Below are positions 8,528-19,528 of a stretch of 28,712 bases of DNA, piece after piece. A model generated the notes under the pieces. That model did no database searches, had not been told where the DNA came from, and saw only the letters and a list, made by a program, of their open reading frames with translations. The DNA is from an uncultured Eubacteriales bacterium (lineage in GTDB: Bacteria; Bacillota; Clostridia; Oscillospirales; CAG-382), in the NCBI GenBank assembly GCA_900550505.1, contig URSI01000001.1:1-28712 (forward strand), given 5' to 3'. Made by a program: the position numbers and the translations under genes. Every line of letters begins with the position of its first letter. Within the stretch, counting starts at the first letter, position 1.

Positions 8528-9830
8528 ATCCGGTAACGCTGCGCAGCTTGAAATAGCACATGGCGAACGTGAAAAGATTGGATGCGAACAGCAGCCACAG
8601 ATATCCCTGCGCCCCGGTCCTCGGGAGCAGGACAATGATGCAGACGACACGAAGTATCGAATTGAGCACGTTGCAGAAAAGCGTGAAGCGTTGATATCCT
8701 ATCGCCTTCAGTATGCCGTCGCAGACTGTTTCGATATACATGGCGGGTGGGACCGCCGCGAGCACGCGGAGCGCGTATGAGCATTCGTCGCTTTTGTAAA
8801 ACAGAACGGCAAGCTGTGAAGGAAACAGGAAAAATACGGCGCCCACAAACAGCGAAAAGATGAGCGAGGGTCCGATGATCCTGTTTACACGGTGTCTTAC
8901 GGCGTCCTGCCCCCGCATACCCTCCCGCGAGAGGTCGGGTATGAGCAGCGATACGAGTGAGGACAGGAACGAAAAAGGGAAAAACAACAGCGGTATCACC
9001 ATTCCGCGTATCATTCCGTATTCGGCGAGAGCCGTGGATCTGTCGCCGCCGTAGAGCGTCAGGCACAGCGGTATGAGCAGCCCTTCACCACTGTGCAAAG
9101 CGGTCGTGACATATGAGCCGGCAGCCAGCGGCGCTATTTCGGAAATAAGCTCACTGCGTGACGGTGCGCTGCCACCGCGGACTTTTGACGTGAACGCAAA
9201 TACGGTAAAAAGAAAGGCAAACGAAGATATCTCGCCGGCCGTGGCGCCTAATGCCGCGGCAGCGCAGAGCCTTCCGGCGTCCAGCTCATCAGGCATGAGA
9301 AAGAAAAATACGGCGCAGCTTACGATTATCCTGACAAGCTGCTCTGTGACCGGCGCCAGAGCTGTCTTCCATGCTTTTCCCTCTGCAAGAAACAGCCCTT
9401 TGAGACAGTTTGACGCCGCGATAAACGGCAGACCTGCTGCCAGTATCCTGAGCGAGGGTGCGAGCCGTGCGTCGTGCATCAGTGAGGAGGCGAGCGGTCC
9501 GCCGAAAAACGTCAGCACCGCAAATCCCGTCAGAGCCGGTACCATCGAAACGGCGACTGCTTTTCTGAATACCGATACGGCGCCGGTGGTTATGCTGCCC
9601 GCTTCGCTTCGCTGCGCCGCAAGCTTTGATACCGCCACCGTGAATCCCGCAGAAGCGAAAGTGGCAAAGAGCGAGAATACGGACATTATGACCTGAAAAA
9701 GCCCGATCCCTTCCGCACCTATGCGTGCGGTGAGGTAGAGCCTGAAGCCCATGCCCATAAATTTTGTGAGGAGCGAGAAGCCCGTAAGCATCGCCGCACC
9801 CAGCGCCAGTGAACGCCTGTGCTCTGTCAT
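8466..9830 (-). CDS. SpoVB/MurJ-like MOP-family polysaccharide or lipid II flippase (454 aa)
   Basis: Start re-called at MTEHRRS with GGAGG 7 nt upstream. R.YL..RIGAEGIGLFQ, EQLVRI, GE and GILKAIG.Q motifs; many TM segments. Confidence 0.8.
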   Translation of the reverse strand: MTEHRRSLALGAAMLTGFSLLTKFMGMGFRLYLTARIGAEGIGLFQVIMSVFSLFATFASAGFTVAVSKLAAQRSEAGSITTGAVSVFRKAVAVSMVPALTGFAVLTFFGGPLASSLMHDARLAPSLRILAAGLPFIAASNCLKGLFLAEGKAWKTALAPVTEQLVRIIVSCAVFFFLMPDELDAGRLCAAAALGATAGEISSFAFLFTVFAFTSKVRGGSAPSRSELISEIAPLAAGSYVTTALHSGEGLLIPLCLTLYGGDRSTALAEYGMIRGMVIPLLFFPFSFLSSLVSLLIPDLSREGMRGQDAVRHRVNRIIGPSLIFSLFVGAVFFLFPSQLAVLFYKSDECSYALRVLAAVPPAMYIETVCDGILKAIGYQRFTLFCNVLNSILRVVCIIVLLPRTGAQGYLWLLFASNLFTFAMCYFKLRSVTGFTLSESLRFYPRKKRIRPRA

Positions 9831-9864
9831 CGTCACACCTCCGCATGTTTTTATGACGATGACT

Positions 9865-9892
9865 ATATATGACACTTCAGCCGCAAAAATGC
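9865..9892 (-). promoter_or_regulatory. Possible sporulation sigma factor (SigE-like) promoter for the spoVB-like gene
   Basis: Minus strand reads GCATTT-N15-CATATAT, resembling the mother-cell sigma consensus. spoVB is SigE-dependent in Bacillus. Confidence 0.35.
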
Positions 9893-9963
9893 CGAAAACG
9901 TGCCCGGGTCGCGGCTTAAATATGTTTACAGTCACAAAATACGCCGAAAATCGGCAAATACGC

Positions 9964-9992
9964 TTGATTTAAGGGACAATATGTTGTATAGT
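9964..9992 (+). promoter_or_regulatory. SigA-type promoter for glyA
   Basis: TTGATT-N17-TATAGT. Confidence 0.65.
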
Positions 9993-10006
9993 ATTCAAAG
10001 AAAAAT

Positions 10007-11290
10007 ATGTTTAAGGACGGCCTGAAAAGCATGGGTGAAAGAAACAGCTTCGCTGACAAAACGATCGACTTCATCGCCTCGAGCGATCCGGCGCTTGCCG
10101 CTGCCATTGCGGACGAGCTTAAAAGAGAACGGCGGAATATCGAGCTTATCGCTTCGGAGAATATCGTTTCCGAGACCGTGCTCGCCGCCGCCGGCACCAT
10201 TTTGACAAATAAGTATGCGGAAGGATATCCGGCAAAGAGATATTACGGCGGCTGCGAATACGTTGACGTCGTGGAGAATCTTGCCATATCCCGTGCCAAA
10301 GAGCTTTTCGGCGCCGAGCATGTGAACGTCCAGCCCCACAGCGGCGCACAGGCCAATACCGCGGTGTATATTGCGCTGCTCTCCGCCGGTGACACCATCA
10401 TGGGCATGAGCCTTGCTCACGGCGGTCATCTTACGCATGGCAGCAGCGTCAACTTTTCGGGAAAATACTTCAACGTAGTGCCTTACGGCGTTGACGAGCA
10501 GACGCAAACGATAGATTATGACCGTGTCGAGGAGCTGGCGCTTGAATGCAAACCCAAGCTGATAGTGGCAGGAGCTTCTGCGTATCCGCGTGTCATAGAT
10601 TTCAAGCGTTTTTCAGAGATAGCCAAAAAGGTCGGCGCTTATCTTATGGTGGATATGGCTCATATAGCCGGGCTTGTGGCAGCCGGCGTACATCCGAGCC
10701 CCGTGCCTTATGCCGATGTTGTCACCACGACCACGCATAAGACGCTGAGAGGTCCGCGCGGCGGTATGATAATGTGCCGTGAGGAGCTTGCCAAGCAGAT
10801 AGACAAGGCTATATTCCCCGGCTCGCAGGGCGGACCGCTCATGCATATCATAGCCGCCAAGGCTGCCTGCTTTGGTGAAGCGCTGAAACCGGAATTCCGT
10901 GATTATCAGCGCCGTGTGGTCGAAAACGCCGCGTGCCTGGCAGCACAGCTGCGTGAAAAGGGATTTGACCTCGTTTCCGGTGGCACCGACAACCATCTCA
11001 TGCTCGTGGACCTTCGCCCGTTTGATATCACCGGCAAGGAGCTGGAGCACAGACTTGACGAGGTGTATATTACCGTAAACAAAAACGCTATCCCGGGAGA
11101 TCCGCAAAAGCCTACCGTTACCAGCGGTGTCCGTATCGGTACGCCTGCCGTTACGACCAGGGGCTTCGGTATCGATGAAATGAAGACCATAGCAGAGCTT
11201 ATAAGGCTCACTGCGGCGGATTTTGAGAACAGCCGCGATTATGTGCGTGAACAGGTCTGTGCGCTCTGCGACCGGTTCCCCATTTATTGA
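10007..11290 (+). CDS. glyA: Serine hydroxymethyltransferase
   Basis: [35 protein letters not shown] and [14 protein letters not shown] (PLP Lys). The start could instead be ATG 10031, since 10007 lacks a clear SD. Confidence 0.97.
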   Translation: MFKDGLKSMGERNSFADKTIDFIASSDPALAAAIADELKRERRNIELIASENIVSETVLAAAGTILTNKYAEGYPAKRYYGGCEYVDVVENLAISRAKELFGAEHVNVQPHSGAQANTAVYIALLSAGDTIMGMSLAHGGHLTHGSSVNFSGKYFNVVPYGVDEQTQTIDYDRVEELALECKPKLIVAGASAYPRVIDFKRFSEIAKKVGAYLMVDMAHIAGLVAAGVHPSPVPYADVVTTTTHKTLRGPRGGMIMCREELAKQIDKAIFPGSQGGPLMHIIAAKAACFGEALKPEFRDYQRRVVENAACLAAQLREKGFDLVSGGTDNHLMLVDLRPFDITGKELEHRLDEVYITVNKNAIPGDPQKPTVTSGVRIGTPAVTTRGFGIDEMKTIAELIRLTAADFENSRDYVREQVCALCDRFPIY

Positions 11291-11325
11291 AACGCACGGT
11301 CACAGTAAATTATCACAATGCAAAC

Positions 11326-11362
11326 GGATCCGCCTTCGGAAAAAAGGCGGATCCTCTTTTTT
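11326..11362 (+). terminator. Rho-independent terminator of glyA
   Basis: GGATCCGCCTT-loop-AAGGCGGATCC followed by TCTTTTTT. Confidence 0.85.
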
Positions 11363-11389
11363 GTCGGGATTTTTACGGTATATGATACG

Positions 11390-11419
11390 AAAAAGCAGGA
11401 GAGAAAAATCTCTCCTGCT
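11390..11419 (-). terminator. Rho-independent terminator of the lipoprotein gene
   Basis: AGCAGGAGAGA-AAAA-TCTCTCCTGCT hairpin with an A-run on the left, which is the U-tract on the minus strand. Confidence 0.8.
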
Positions 11420-11460
11420 CTTGGCTGATACAATTGCAGCAGCTCTCACAGATGCTGAAT

Positions 11461-12204
11461 TCAGCTGGGTATGTTGATTATGGAGATATAAGCGCCGAAA
11501 TCTTCTTCGATGGTACCGTTTTCAAGGTCGATACCGACGAGCGTAGCTTTCGCGCCGATGAACAGCGAACCGGCAGCGGACGTTGAATTGGTGATCTCGG
11601 GAGTCGTGAAGTTGGGGTAATCCTTATTGGCAGGATACCACCAGAGAGTGTTCTCCACCTCACCGCTGTCTATCTGAGCAATAAGGTCTTTGTTCTGCTC
11701 GACGAGCGCCGGCCAGTCGTTGCCGGTGTTGGCAGAATACAGGAAGCCGCCTTCCGGGATGACCATGTCTGCGGGATCCTTGTCGGTGCCGTCGGAACCG
11801 CTTGAGTAGACGACCTCATACACGCCTTCCTCGTCGGTCGGCTTGAAGATCGCAACGCCTGCCCAGGCAAATCCGGAGAGTGATCCGGTATATTCATCCG
11901 TTACGAGCGTGCCGGCACCCTCGGTAAAGGCGTTGGGAGTCTCATGAAACTGACCGGAAACGGAGTTGTTGATGGTGCCGTTGAAGGCGTTGACATAAAG
12001 CAGCGTGGGCTCCGGCTCAGGCTGCGAATAGTCCCCCATTGACTCTTCCTTCGAGGTGTCTTCCTGAGGTTTTGAGGAGGTGCTTTCGGTCTTGCTCGTT
12101 GCGGGTTTGGATGTTCCCCCGGAAGATTCGGCGGTATCCGTAGTGCATGAGACCGCGAGCATCGCTACCATAAGTATTGCAAGAAATACTGCGATTTTTT
12201 TCAT
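11461..12204 (-). CDS. Lipoprotein of unknown function with a Ser/Thr/Glu-rich tether
   Basis: MKK + hydrophobic core + AVSC lipobox; low-complexity linker ending QPEPEP; acidic globular domain; AAGGAG SD; own promoter and terminator. Confidence 0.85.
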   Translation of the reverse strand: MKKIAVFLAILMVAMLAVSCTTDTAESSGGTSKPATSKTESTSSKPQEDTSKEESMGDYSQPEPEPTLLYVNAFNGTINNSVSGQFHETPNAFTEGAGTLVTDEYTGSLSGFAWAGVAIFKPTDEEGVYEVVYSSGSDGTDKDPADMVIPEGGFLYSANTGNDWPALVEQNKDLIAQIDSGEVENTLWWYPANKDYPNFTTPEITNSTSAAGSLFIGAKATLVGIDLENGTIEEDFGAYISIINIPS

Positions 12205-12235
12205 CGGTTTGTCTCCTTATCGATTTTATACCGTG

Positions 12236-12264
12236 ATTATACGCTGCAAGGTAGGTATTGTCAA
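12236..12264 (-). promoter_or_regulatory. Consensus SigA promoter for the lipoprotein gene
   Basis: TTGACA-N17-TATAAT on the minus strand. Confidence 0.85.
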
Positions 12265-12395
12265 GTGTTTTTTGCCTGATTTTATCACCTTTTTTTCACA
12301 TTTGCGGTCTAAAATGCGCCGAAATGCGTTGAAATGGTGACGTATGTGAACATAATGCACAAAAACCCTCTTTTATGACACAGTACAATTGAATC

Positions 12396-12433
12396 AACGC
12401 ATAAAATTCCGATTTGATGTATAAAACGCTTGA
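12396..12433 (+). promoter_or_regulatory. Possible degenerate tandem ARG boxes upstream of argG
   Basis: AACGCATAAAATTCCGAT and GATGTATAAAACGCTTGA, 2 bp apart and overlapping the -35. Only a partial match to wnTGnATwwwwATnCAnw. Confidence 0.25.
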
Positions 12434-12457
12434 CATATGCAAAAAAACGTGTATAAT
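12430..12457 (+). promoter_or_regulatory. SigA promoter of the arg operon
   Basis: TTGACA-N16-TATAAT, with a GGAG SD before argG. Confidence 0.8.
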
Positions 12458-12494
12458 CACCGTATAAATAAATGTTAACGGAGATGTTATTGAG

Positions 12495-13727
<1,233 letters not shown>

Positions 13728-13851
13728 AGTGTCCGGCTGTTCCGGATGACGTCATGACATGATCCTGGGACCCCCGCGGTGTCTTATATGGACCGCGGGG
13801 GAAGCGGGGTTTTTCGGACGGTTTGATATGACACGGGGGAAAGGCTGAAAA

Positions 13852-15237
13852 ATGCAGGATAAGATATGGGCGGGGCGGTTTGAAAAAAGTCTCGACAGCG
13901 CCGCAAACGACTTCAATTCTTCGATCCGGGTGGACAAACGGATGTACCGCGAGGATATCGAGGGCTCGAAGGCTCACGCTGCCATGCTCGGCAGCGTAGG
14001 TATAATCACTGCGAAGGAAAGCGAACTGATAGTCGGTACGCTTGACATGATGCTCAAGGAGCTGGAGACAGGCGACCTTGAGATAGATGAAACATATGAG
14101 GACATACATTCCTTCATGGAGGCTGAGCTTACCCGTCGTATCGGAGATACGGGTAAGAAGCTGCACACCGCACGCAGCCGGAACGATCAGGTGGCGACGG
14201 ATGTGAGGCTCTATCTCCGCAGACGTATCGACGCCGTTACCGGGCTTTTGGTAAAAGCCGTTGAGACCATGGCTGAAATAGCAGGTGAACATGCCGGGAC
14301 CATAATGCCGGGATATACGCATCTTCAGCGTGCACAGCCGGTCTCGTTCGGCCATGTGCTGATGGCGTATGCCCATATGCTGCTGAGAGATATTTCGAGA
14401 TTTGCCGACTGCCGCAAACGGATGAACGTGTCGCCGCTGGGCTCGTGTGCACTGGCGGGGACCACGTTTCCGATAGACCGTTTTGCCACCGCGTCGGCTT
14501 TGGGGTTTGACCGTCCGTGCGGTAACAGTATAGACGGCGTTTCAGACCGTGACTTTGCAGTCGAGCTTGCTGCGTGCTGTGCCATATGCGCCATGCATCT
14601 TTCGAGACTGTGTGAAGAGATCATCATGTATTGCTCCTGGGAATTCGGATATCTTGAGCTCGACGATTCGTTTTCCACCGGTTCTTCGATAATGCCCCAG
14701 AAGAAAAATCCGGATATAGCGGAGCTTATCCGCGGCAAATCCGGCAGGATATACGGCGATCTGACCGCGCTGCTGACGATGCTGAAATCACTTCCTCTCG
14801 CCTACAATAAGGATATGCAGGAGGACAAGGAGGCGGTGTTTGACAGCATTGACACCCTTTGTGCCCAGCTTTCGCTGATACCGCCCATGCTCCGCAGCGC
14901 GGCGGTGCGTTCGGACAGAATGCGCAGAGCGGCTGCCGAGGGCTTCATAAACGCCACCGATATGGCGGATTACCTTGTGGCAAAGGGACTGCCGTTCCGT
15001 GCCGCATATAAGATAAGCGGTACGATAGTTGCGTACTGCATAAAAGAGCGCAAAACGCTGGAAACGCTGAGCCCGGAAGAATACCGGAGCTTCTCTGAGC
15101 TTTTCGGTGACGATATATATGAGGCGGTATCGCTTGACAGATGCCTTGCTCAAAGGCGTTCGTTCGGCGGAACGGCACCTGAATGCGTGAAAGCGCAGAT
15201 AGAAGCGGTGCGTGCCGAACTGAAGGAAATGCAATGA
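13852..15237 (+). CDS. argH: Argininosuccinate lyase
   Basis: W.GRF, LHTARSRNDQV, MPGYTHLQRAQP, TGSSIMPQKKNPD and YNKDMQEDKE. Confidence 0.98.
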   Translation: MQDKIWAGRFEKSLDSAANDFNSSIRVDKRMYREDIEGSKAHAAMLGSVGIITAKESELIVGTLDMMLKELETGDLEIDETYEDIHSFMEAELTRRIGDTGKKLHTARSRNDQVATDVRLYLRRRIDAVTGLLVKAVETMAEIAGEHAGTIMPGYTHLQRAQPVSFGHVLMAYAHMLLRDISRFADCRKRMNVSPLGSCALAGTTFPIDRFATASALGFDRPCGNSIDGVSDRDFAVELAACCAICAMHLSRLCEEIIMYCSWEFGYLELDDSFSTGSSIMPQKKNPDIAELIRGKSGRIYGDLTALLTMLKSLPLAYNKDMQEDKEAVFDSIDTLCAQLSLIPPMLRSAAVRSDRMRRAAAEGFINATDMADYLVAKGLPFRAAYKISGTIVAYCIKERKTLETLSPEEYRSFSELFGDDIYEAVSLDRCLAQRRSFGGTAPECVKAQIEAVRAELKEMQ

Positions 15238-15326
15238 AAGATCGGCTCGTGCGCCGAAAATAAAGGATTTCAAACATAAATACACGGCCGGCAGCGCGCC
15301 GGATGAAGTATTGGACGGTTCATTAA

Positions 15327-16250
15327 ATGAAAACAAGAGTATTTATAGACGGCAGCGAAGGTACTACGGGGCTGCGGATAGCACAACGTCTTGCCGAACG
15401 TGATGACGTTCAGCTCATGCAGATATCTCCGGAACTGCGCAAGGACGTGGGAGAACGTGCGAGGCTGATGTCTCAGAGCGATATCGTGTTTCTCTGCCTG
15501 CCTGACGACGCCGCGCGCGTCGCGGCGAAGATGGCGTTGCAGGCGGGGACGCGCGTGATCGACGCGAGCACGGCGCACCGCACCGATCCGGAATGGGTGT
15601 ACGGATTCCCGGAGCTCGGATACAGGGACAGGATACGGTCATCCTCGAGAGTTGCGGTGCCGGGCTGCCACGCAGGCGGGTTCCTGGCTCTGATCACACC
15701 GCTCGTGCGGCTGTCGGTGATACCGGCTGATGCGCAGATAAGCTGTTTTTCCCTGACGGGGTACAGCGGCGGCGGAAAAAAGATGATAGCTCAGTACGAG
15801 GATCCGTCACGCGAACCGATACTGGACGCGCCGAGATGTTATGCGCTCGGGCAGACACACAAGCATCTGCCGGAGATGCAGGCGATATCCGGACTTGAAA
15901 CACCTCCGCACTTTTCGCCGATAGTTTCCGACTATTATTCGGGAATGCTGGTGGCTGTCCCCCTTTTCTGCGAGCAGTTCGGTGTGACATGCAAGCAGAT
16001 CGAAAAGATTTATGAGAGCTTTTATACCGACGGGGTCGTAAGTGTCACGGACGGGGCGGGGTTTGACGCTTCCGGTGCGCTTATGAGCGGAAGAGACGAT
16101 ATGAAGATAGCCGTATGCGGTAACGATGTGCGTGCGACGGTGTACGCGTCGTTTGATAATCTGGGCAAGGGCGCGTCGGGCGCGGCGGTCCAGTGCTTCA
16201 ACCTGATGTGCGGCAAGGACGAAAAATATTCACTGGTCACGGGAGACTGA
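15327..16250 (+). CDS. argC: N-acetyl-gamma-glutamyl-phosphate reductase, type 2 (short form)
   Basis: VFIDGSEGTTGL, IDASTAHR, YGFPEL, PGC, GYSGGG and DNLGKGASGAAVQ. Confidence 0.95.
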   Translation: MKTRVFIDGSEGTTGLRIAQRLAERDDVQLMQISPELRKDVGERARLMSQSDIVFLCLPDDAARVAAKMALQAGTRVIDASTAHRTDPEWVYGFPELGYRDRIRSSSRVAVPGCHAGGFLALITPLVRLSVIPADAQISCFSLTGYSGGGKKMIAQYEDPSREPILDAPRCYALGQTHKHLPEMQAISGLETPPHFSPIVSDYYSGMLVAVPLFCEQFGVTCKQIEKIYESFYTDGVVSVTDGAGFDASGALMSGRDDMKIAVCGNDVRATVYASFDNLGKGASGAAVQCFNLMCGKDEKYSLVTGD

Positions 16251-16257
16251 TATTATT

Positions 16258-17466
16258 ATGAAAATGACAGAGGGCGGAATATGCGCGCCGTCGGGTTTTA
16301 AGGCGGCAGGGATACATTGCGGTATCAGGCGCGGTAAAAATAAAAAAGACCTTGCGCTTATTGTAAGCGAGGTGCGTGCCGACGCGGCGGCGATCTATAC
16401 GACCAACAAGGTGAAGGGCGCACCGATACTCGTCACGCAGCGCAATATTGCGGACGGTGCGGCGCAGGCGGTGATCTGCAACAGCGGAAACGCCAATACC
16501 TGCAACGCCGACGGTGAGGCAAAAGCGGAGGCAATGTGCAGGCTCGTCGAGCGGCATACCGGGATACCGGCAAGTGATGTGATAGTCGCATCTACCGGGG
16601 TGATAGGGCAGACTCTGGACATAGAGCCCATAGAAAATTCGATGGACACACTTGTCGGGGCACTCGGCAGAGACTCAAGTGCTGCGGCAGAGGCGATAAT
16701 GACGACTGACACATATGCAAAGCAGCTTGCGGTTTCGTTTGACTGCGGCGGTGTCGAGTGCAGGATTGGCGGTATCGCAAAGGGCTCGGGTATGATATGT
16801 CCGAATATGGCGACGATGCTGGTTTTCCTTACGACCGATTGTTCGATATCGTCCGAAGCGCTTTCAAAGGCGCTGTCCGTTGCCGCAGACGATACCTTCA
16901 ATATGGTGACTGTCGACGGCGATACGTCGACTAATGATACGGTGGCGATAATGGCGAACGGTATGGCCGGCAACGAAAGGATAACCGGCGGGGAAGGACT
17001 TTCGGAGTTTACGAAAGCGCTGACATTGCTGCTTGCCGGGCTTTCAAAAATGATCGCCGGCGACGGCGAGGGCGCCACGAAGCTCCTGATATGCGAGGTC
17101 ACCGGCGCCGTGGATAAAGCCGCGGCGCGGCTGGCGGCAAAGAGTGTTGTGGGTTCACCGCTGGTAAAGGTTGCCATGTTCGGGTCGGACGCGAACTGGG
17201 GAAGGGTGATTTGCGCTCTGGGATATTCCGGCGCCGCGTTCGAGCCTTCGGAGACGGATGTACGCTTTGCTTCGTCGGCAGGTACCGTTGAGGTATGCCG
17301 CGGGGGATTCGGCGTTGAATTCAGCGAGGAGAAGGCAAAAGAGATATTGCAGCAAAAGGAGATAACCATTTCGGTTTCTCTCGGAAAGGGTCAGGGCAGC
17401 GCCGTGGCGTACGGCTGTGACCTTACCTATGATTACGTCAGGATCAACGGAGATTACAGGACATGA
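16258..17466 (+). CDS. argJ: Ornithine acetyltransferase / N-acetylglutamate synthase
   Basis: NSGNAN, STGVIG, IMTTD, KGSGMI.PNMATML (autocleavage site), DGDTSTND, DGEGATK and YVRINGDYRT. Confidence 0.97.
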   Translation: MKMTEGGICAPSGFKAAGIHCGIRRGKNKKDLALIVSEVRADAAAIYTTNKVKGAPILVTQRNIADGAAQAVICNSGNANTCNADGEAKAEAMCRLVERHTGIPASDVIVASTGVIGQTLDIEPIENSMDTLVGALGRDSSAAAEAIMTTDTYAKQLAVSFDCGGVECRIGGIAKGSGMICPNMATMLVFLTTDCSISSEALSKALSVAADDTFNMVTVDGDTSTNDTVAIMANGMAGNERITGGEGLSEFTKALTLLLAGLSKMIAGDGEGATKLLICEVTGAVDKAAARLAAKSVVGSPLVKVAMFGSDANWGRVICALGYSGAAFEPSETDVRFASSAGTVEVCRGGFGVEFSEEKAKEILQQKEITISVSLGKGQGSAVAYGCDLTYDYVRINGDYRT

Positions 17467-18323
17467 AAGAAGGAGAACTTACAAACGCGCAGCGTGCCGG
17501 AGTGCTCGTGCACGCCCTGCCTTATATTCGCGAATATACCGGCAAAACGGTGGTCATAAAGTACGGCGGGAACGCCATGATAAGCGAGGAACTGAAAAAT
17601 GCCGTCATGGGAGACGTGGTGCTGCTTTCGCTTATCGGCGTAAAGGTCGTCGTCGTTCACGGCGGCGGTCCGGAGATAAGTGAGACCCTTGCAAGTATGG
17701 GCAAGGAGAGCCGGTTCGTCAACGGCTTGCGTGTCACGGACGCACAGACGGCTCAGGTGGCGCTGATGGTGCTTGCCGGCAAGATAAACAAGCAGCTCGT
17801 GGCGCTGCTCGGAATGACCGGCGGCCGTGCGGTCGGACTCAGCGGGCTTGACGCCGGTTTACTGACGGCATCAAAGGTGAGCGAAGAACTCGGATTCGTA
17901 GGCGACATCGTCTCCGTGGACACGCGTATCATCACCGATGTGCTCGACAAGGGATATATACCGGTGATATCAACGGTTGGCAGCGATGCCGACGGCAATG
18001 TGTATAACATAAACGCAGACACCGCGGCTGCCCGGATAGCAGGCGAGCTGGGTGCGGAATGCCTTGTTTCCATGACTGATACCGTAGGGCTGCTCAGGAA
18101 GAAGGATGACCCGACGACCCTGATCCCTTCGGTGAATGTGAGCGAGGTGCCGAGCCTTATACGCAGCGGTGTTATCTGCGGCGGAATGATACCGAAGGCG
18201 GAATGCTGCGTTGAGGCGATACGTCGCGGAGTGCGCAAGGTGTTCATAATAGACGGAAGGGTCAAGCACTCCATTCTTATAGAGCTTCTTACCGACGAAG
18301 GCATCGGCACCATGTTCGCTTGA
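17463..18323 (+). CDS. argB: Acetylglutamate kinase
   Basis: ALPYI, VIKYGGNAM, VHGGGP, GLRVTD, YNINAD, GGMIPK and ELLTDEGIGTM. Confidence 0.97.
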   Translation: MKEGELTNAQRAGVLVHALPYIREYTGKTVVIKYGGNAMISEELKNAVMGDVVLLSLIGVKVVVVHGGGPEISETLASMGKESRFVNGLRVTDAQTAQVALMVLAGKINKQLVALLGMTGGRAVGLSGLDAGLLTASKVSEELGFVGDIVSVDTRIITDVLDKGYIPVISTVGSDADGNVYNINADTAAARIAGELGAECLVSMTDTVGLLRKKDDPTTLIPSVNVSEVPSLIRSGVICGGMIPKAECCVEAIRRGVRKVFIIDGRVKHSILIELLTDEGIGTMFA

Positions 18324-18349
18324 AGAGAAACTTGGCGGGGAGAATTCAA

Positions 18350-19528
18350 ATGCAAACGGGAAAAAACAACGATATACGCGAACGCGACCGGCAGTATATA
18401 GCCGGCACGTACTCGCGGTTTCCGACTGTGATGTCCGAGGGCAGCGGAGCCGTGGTAACGACCGATGACGGACTTGAATGTATAGACCTCGGCAGCGGCA
18501 TAGCCGTAAATATCTTCGGGCACCGTGATCCGGAGTGGGTAGCAGCCGTTACCGGTCAGCTTGGCAGGCTGGCGCACGCCTCGAATCTTTATTTTACGGA
18601 GCCGCAGACCGTTCTGGCTCAGAAGCTGTGCGCACGTACCTTCGCCGAAAAGGTGTTCTTTTCAAATTCCGGTGCGGAAGCCAATGAATGCGCCATCAAG
18701 ACGGCACGCAAATACGCACACGACCGCTACGGTGAAAAAAGAAATAAGATCGTGACTCTCACCGGGTCTTTCCACGGCAGGACGATAACTACGCTTTCGG
18801 CGACAGGGCAGGAGGTGTTCCACACCGATTTCGGACCGTTTACACAGGGATTTGTGCACACACCGCCTAATGATACGGAAGCGTTGCTTTCGCTCATGGG
18901 CGAAGACACAGTCGCCGTCATGCTCGAACTCGTGCAGGGAGAGGGCGGGGTGAATGTGCTCGATAAAGCCTTCGTTCAGGCTGTTGCCCGCGCTTGCCGC
19001 GAAAATGACAGCCTGCTGATAATCGACGAGGTGCAAACGGGCAACGGACGCTGCGGTGCGCTTTACGCATATGAGCGCTACGGCATTGTGCCGGATATAC
19101 TGACGACGGCGAAGGGACTCGGCGGCGGGCTTCCGATAGGTGCCACGCTGTTCGGAAAAAAGTGCGCCGACACGCTCACAGCCGGCACGCACGGTTCGAC
19201 TTTCGGCGGGAACCCGGTGTGCTGCGCGGGTGCTGTCAGTATACTTGATCGTATCGACGATGCGCTGCTTGAGGGCGTTTTGGAACGCGAGCGACTGATA
19301 CGTTCGGAGCTTGAGGGTGCCGAAGGCGTCGAAAGCGTCAGCGGATTGGGGCTGCTCATCGGTGTGAAGCCGGTAAGACCTGTAAAGGACGTGATAAGCG
19401 ACTGCCTTGAGAACGGACTGCTCGTCCTCTCGGCGAAAGACAAGGTGAGGCTGCTGCCGCCGCTGAATATCCCGATCGACCTTCTCCGGAAGGGAACAGA
19501 AATACTTAAGGAGGCACTGAAAAAGTGA
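18350..19528 (+). CDS. argD: Acetylornithine aminotransferase
   Basis: Start re-called at ATG 18350 (GGGGAG SD). NSGAEANE, SFHGRT, DEVQTG, TAKGLGGG and HGSTFGGNP motifs. Confidence 0.95.
   Translation: MQTGKNNDIRERDRQYIAGTYSRFPTVMSEGSGAVVTTDDGLECIDLGSGIAVNIFGHRDPEWVAAVTGQLGRLAHASNLYFTEPQTVLAQKLCARTFAEKVFFSNSGAEANECAIKTARKYAHDRYGEKRNKIVTLTGSFHGRTITTLSATGQEVFHTDFGPFTQGFVHTPPNDTEALLSLMGEDTVAVMLELVQGEGGVNVLDKAFVQAVARACRENDSLLIIDEVQTGNGRCGALYAYERYGIVPDILTTAKGLGGGLPIGATLFGKKCADTLTAGTHGSTFGGNPVCCAGAVSILDRIDDALLEGVLERERLIRSELEGAEGVESVSGLGLLIGVKPVRPVKDVISDCLENGLLVLSAKDKVRLLPPLNIPIDLLRKGTEILKEALKK

Noticed and set aside
12270..12494. T-box or riboswitch leader for the arg operon
   Set aside because: The -10 lies only ~37 nt before the argG start, and no T-box motif or leader terminator is visible.
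15327..16250. Short argC as a truncated gene
   Set aside because: It matches the known type 2 ArgC form with both termini intact.
16395..17369. Long antisense ORFs (324 aa opposite argJ; also 12537-13415, 17753-18577, 22964-23776 and 2930-3949)
   Set aside because: They are shadows of well-conserved genes and show no recognisable motifs.
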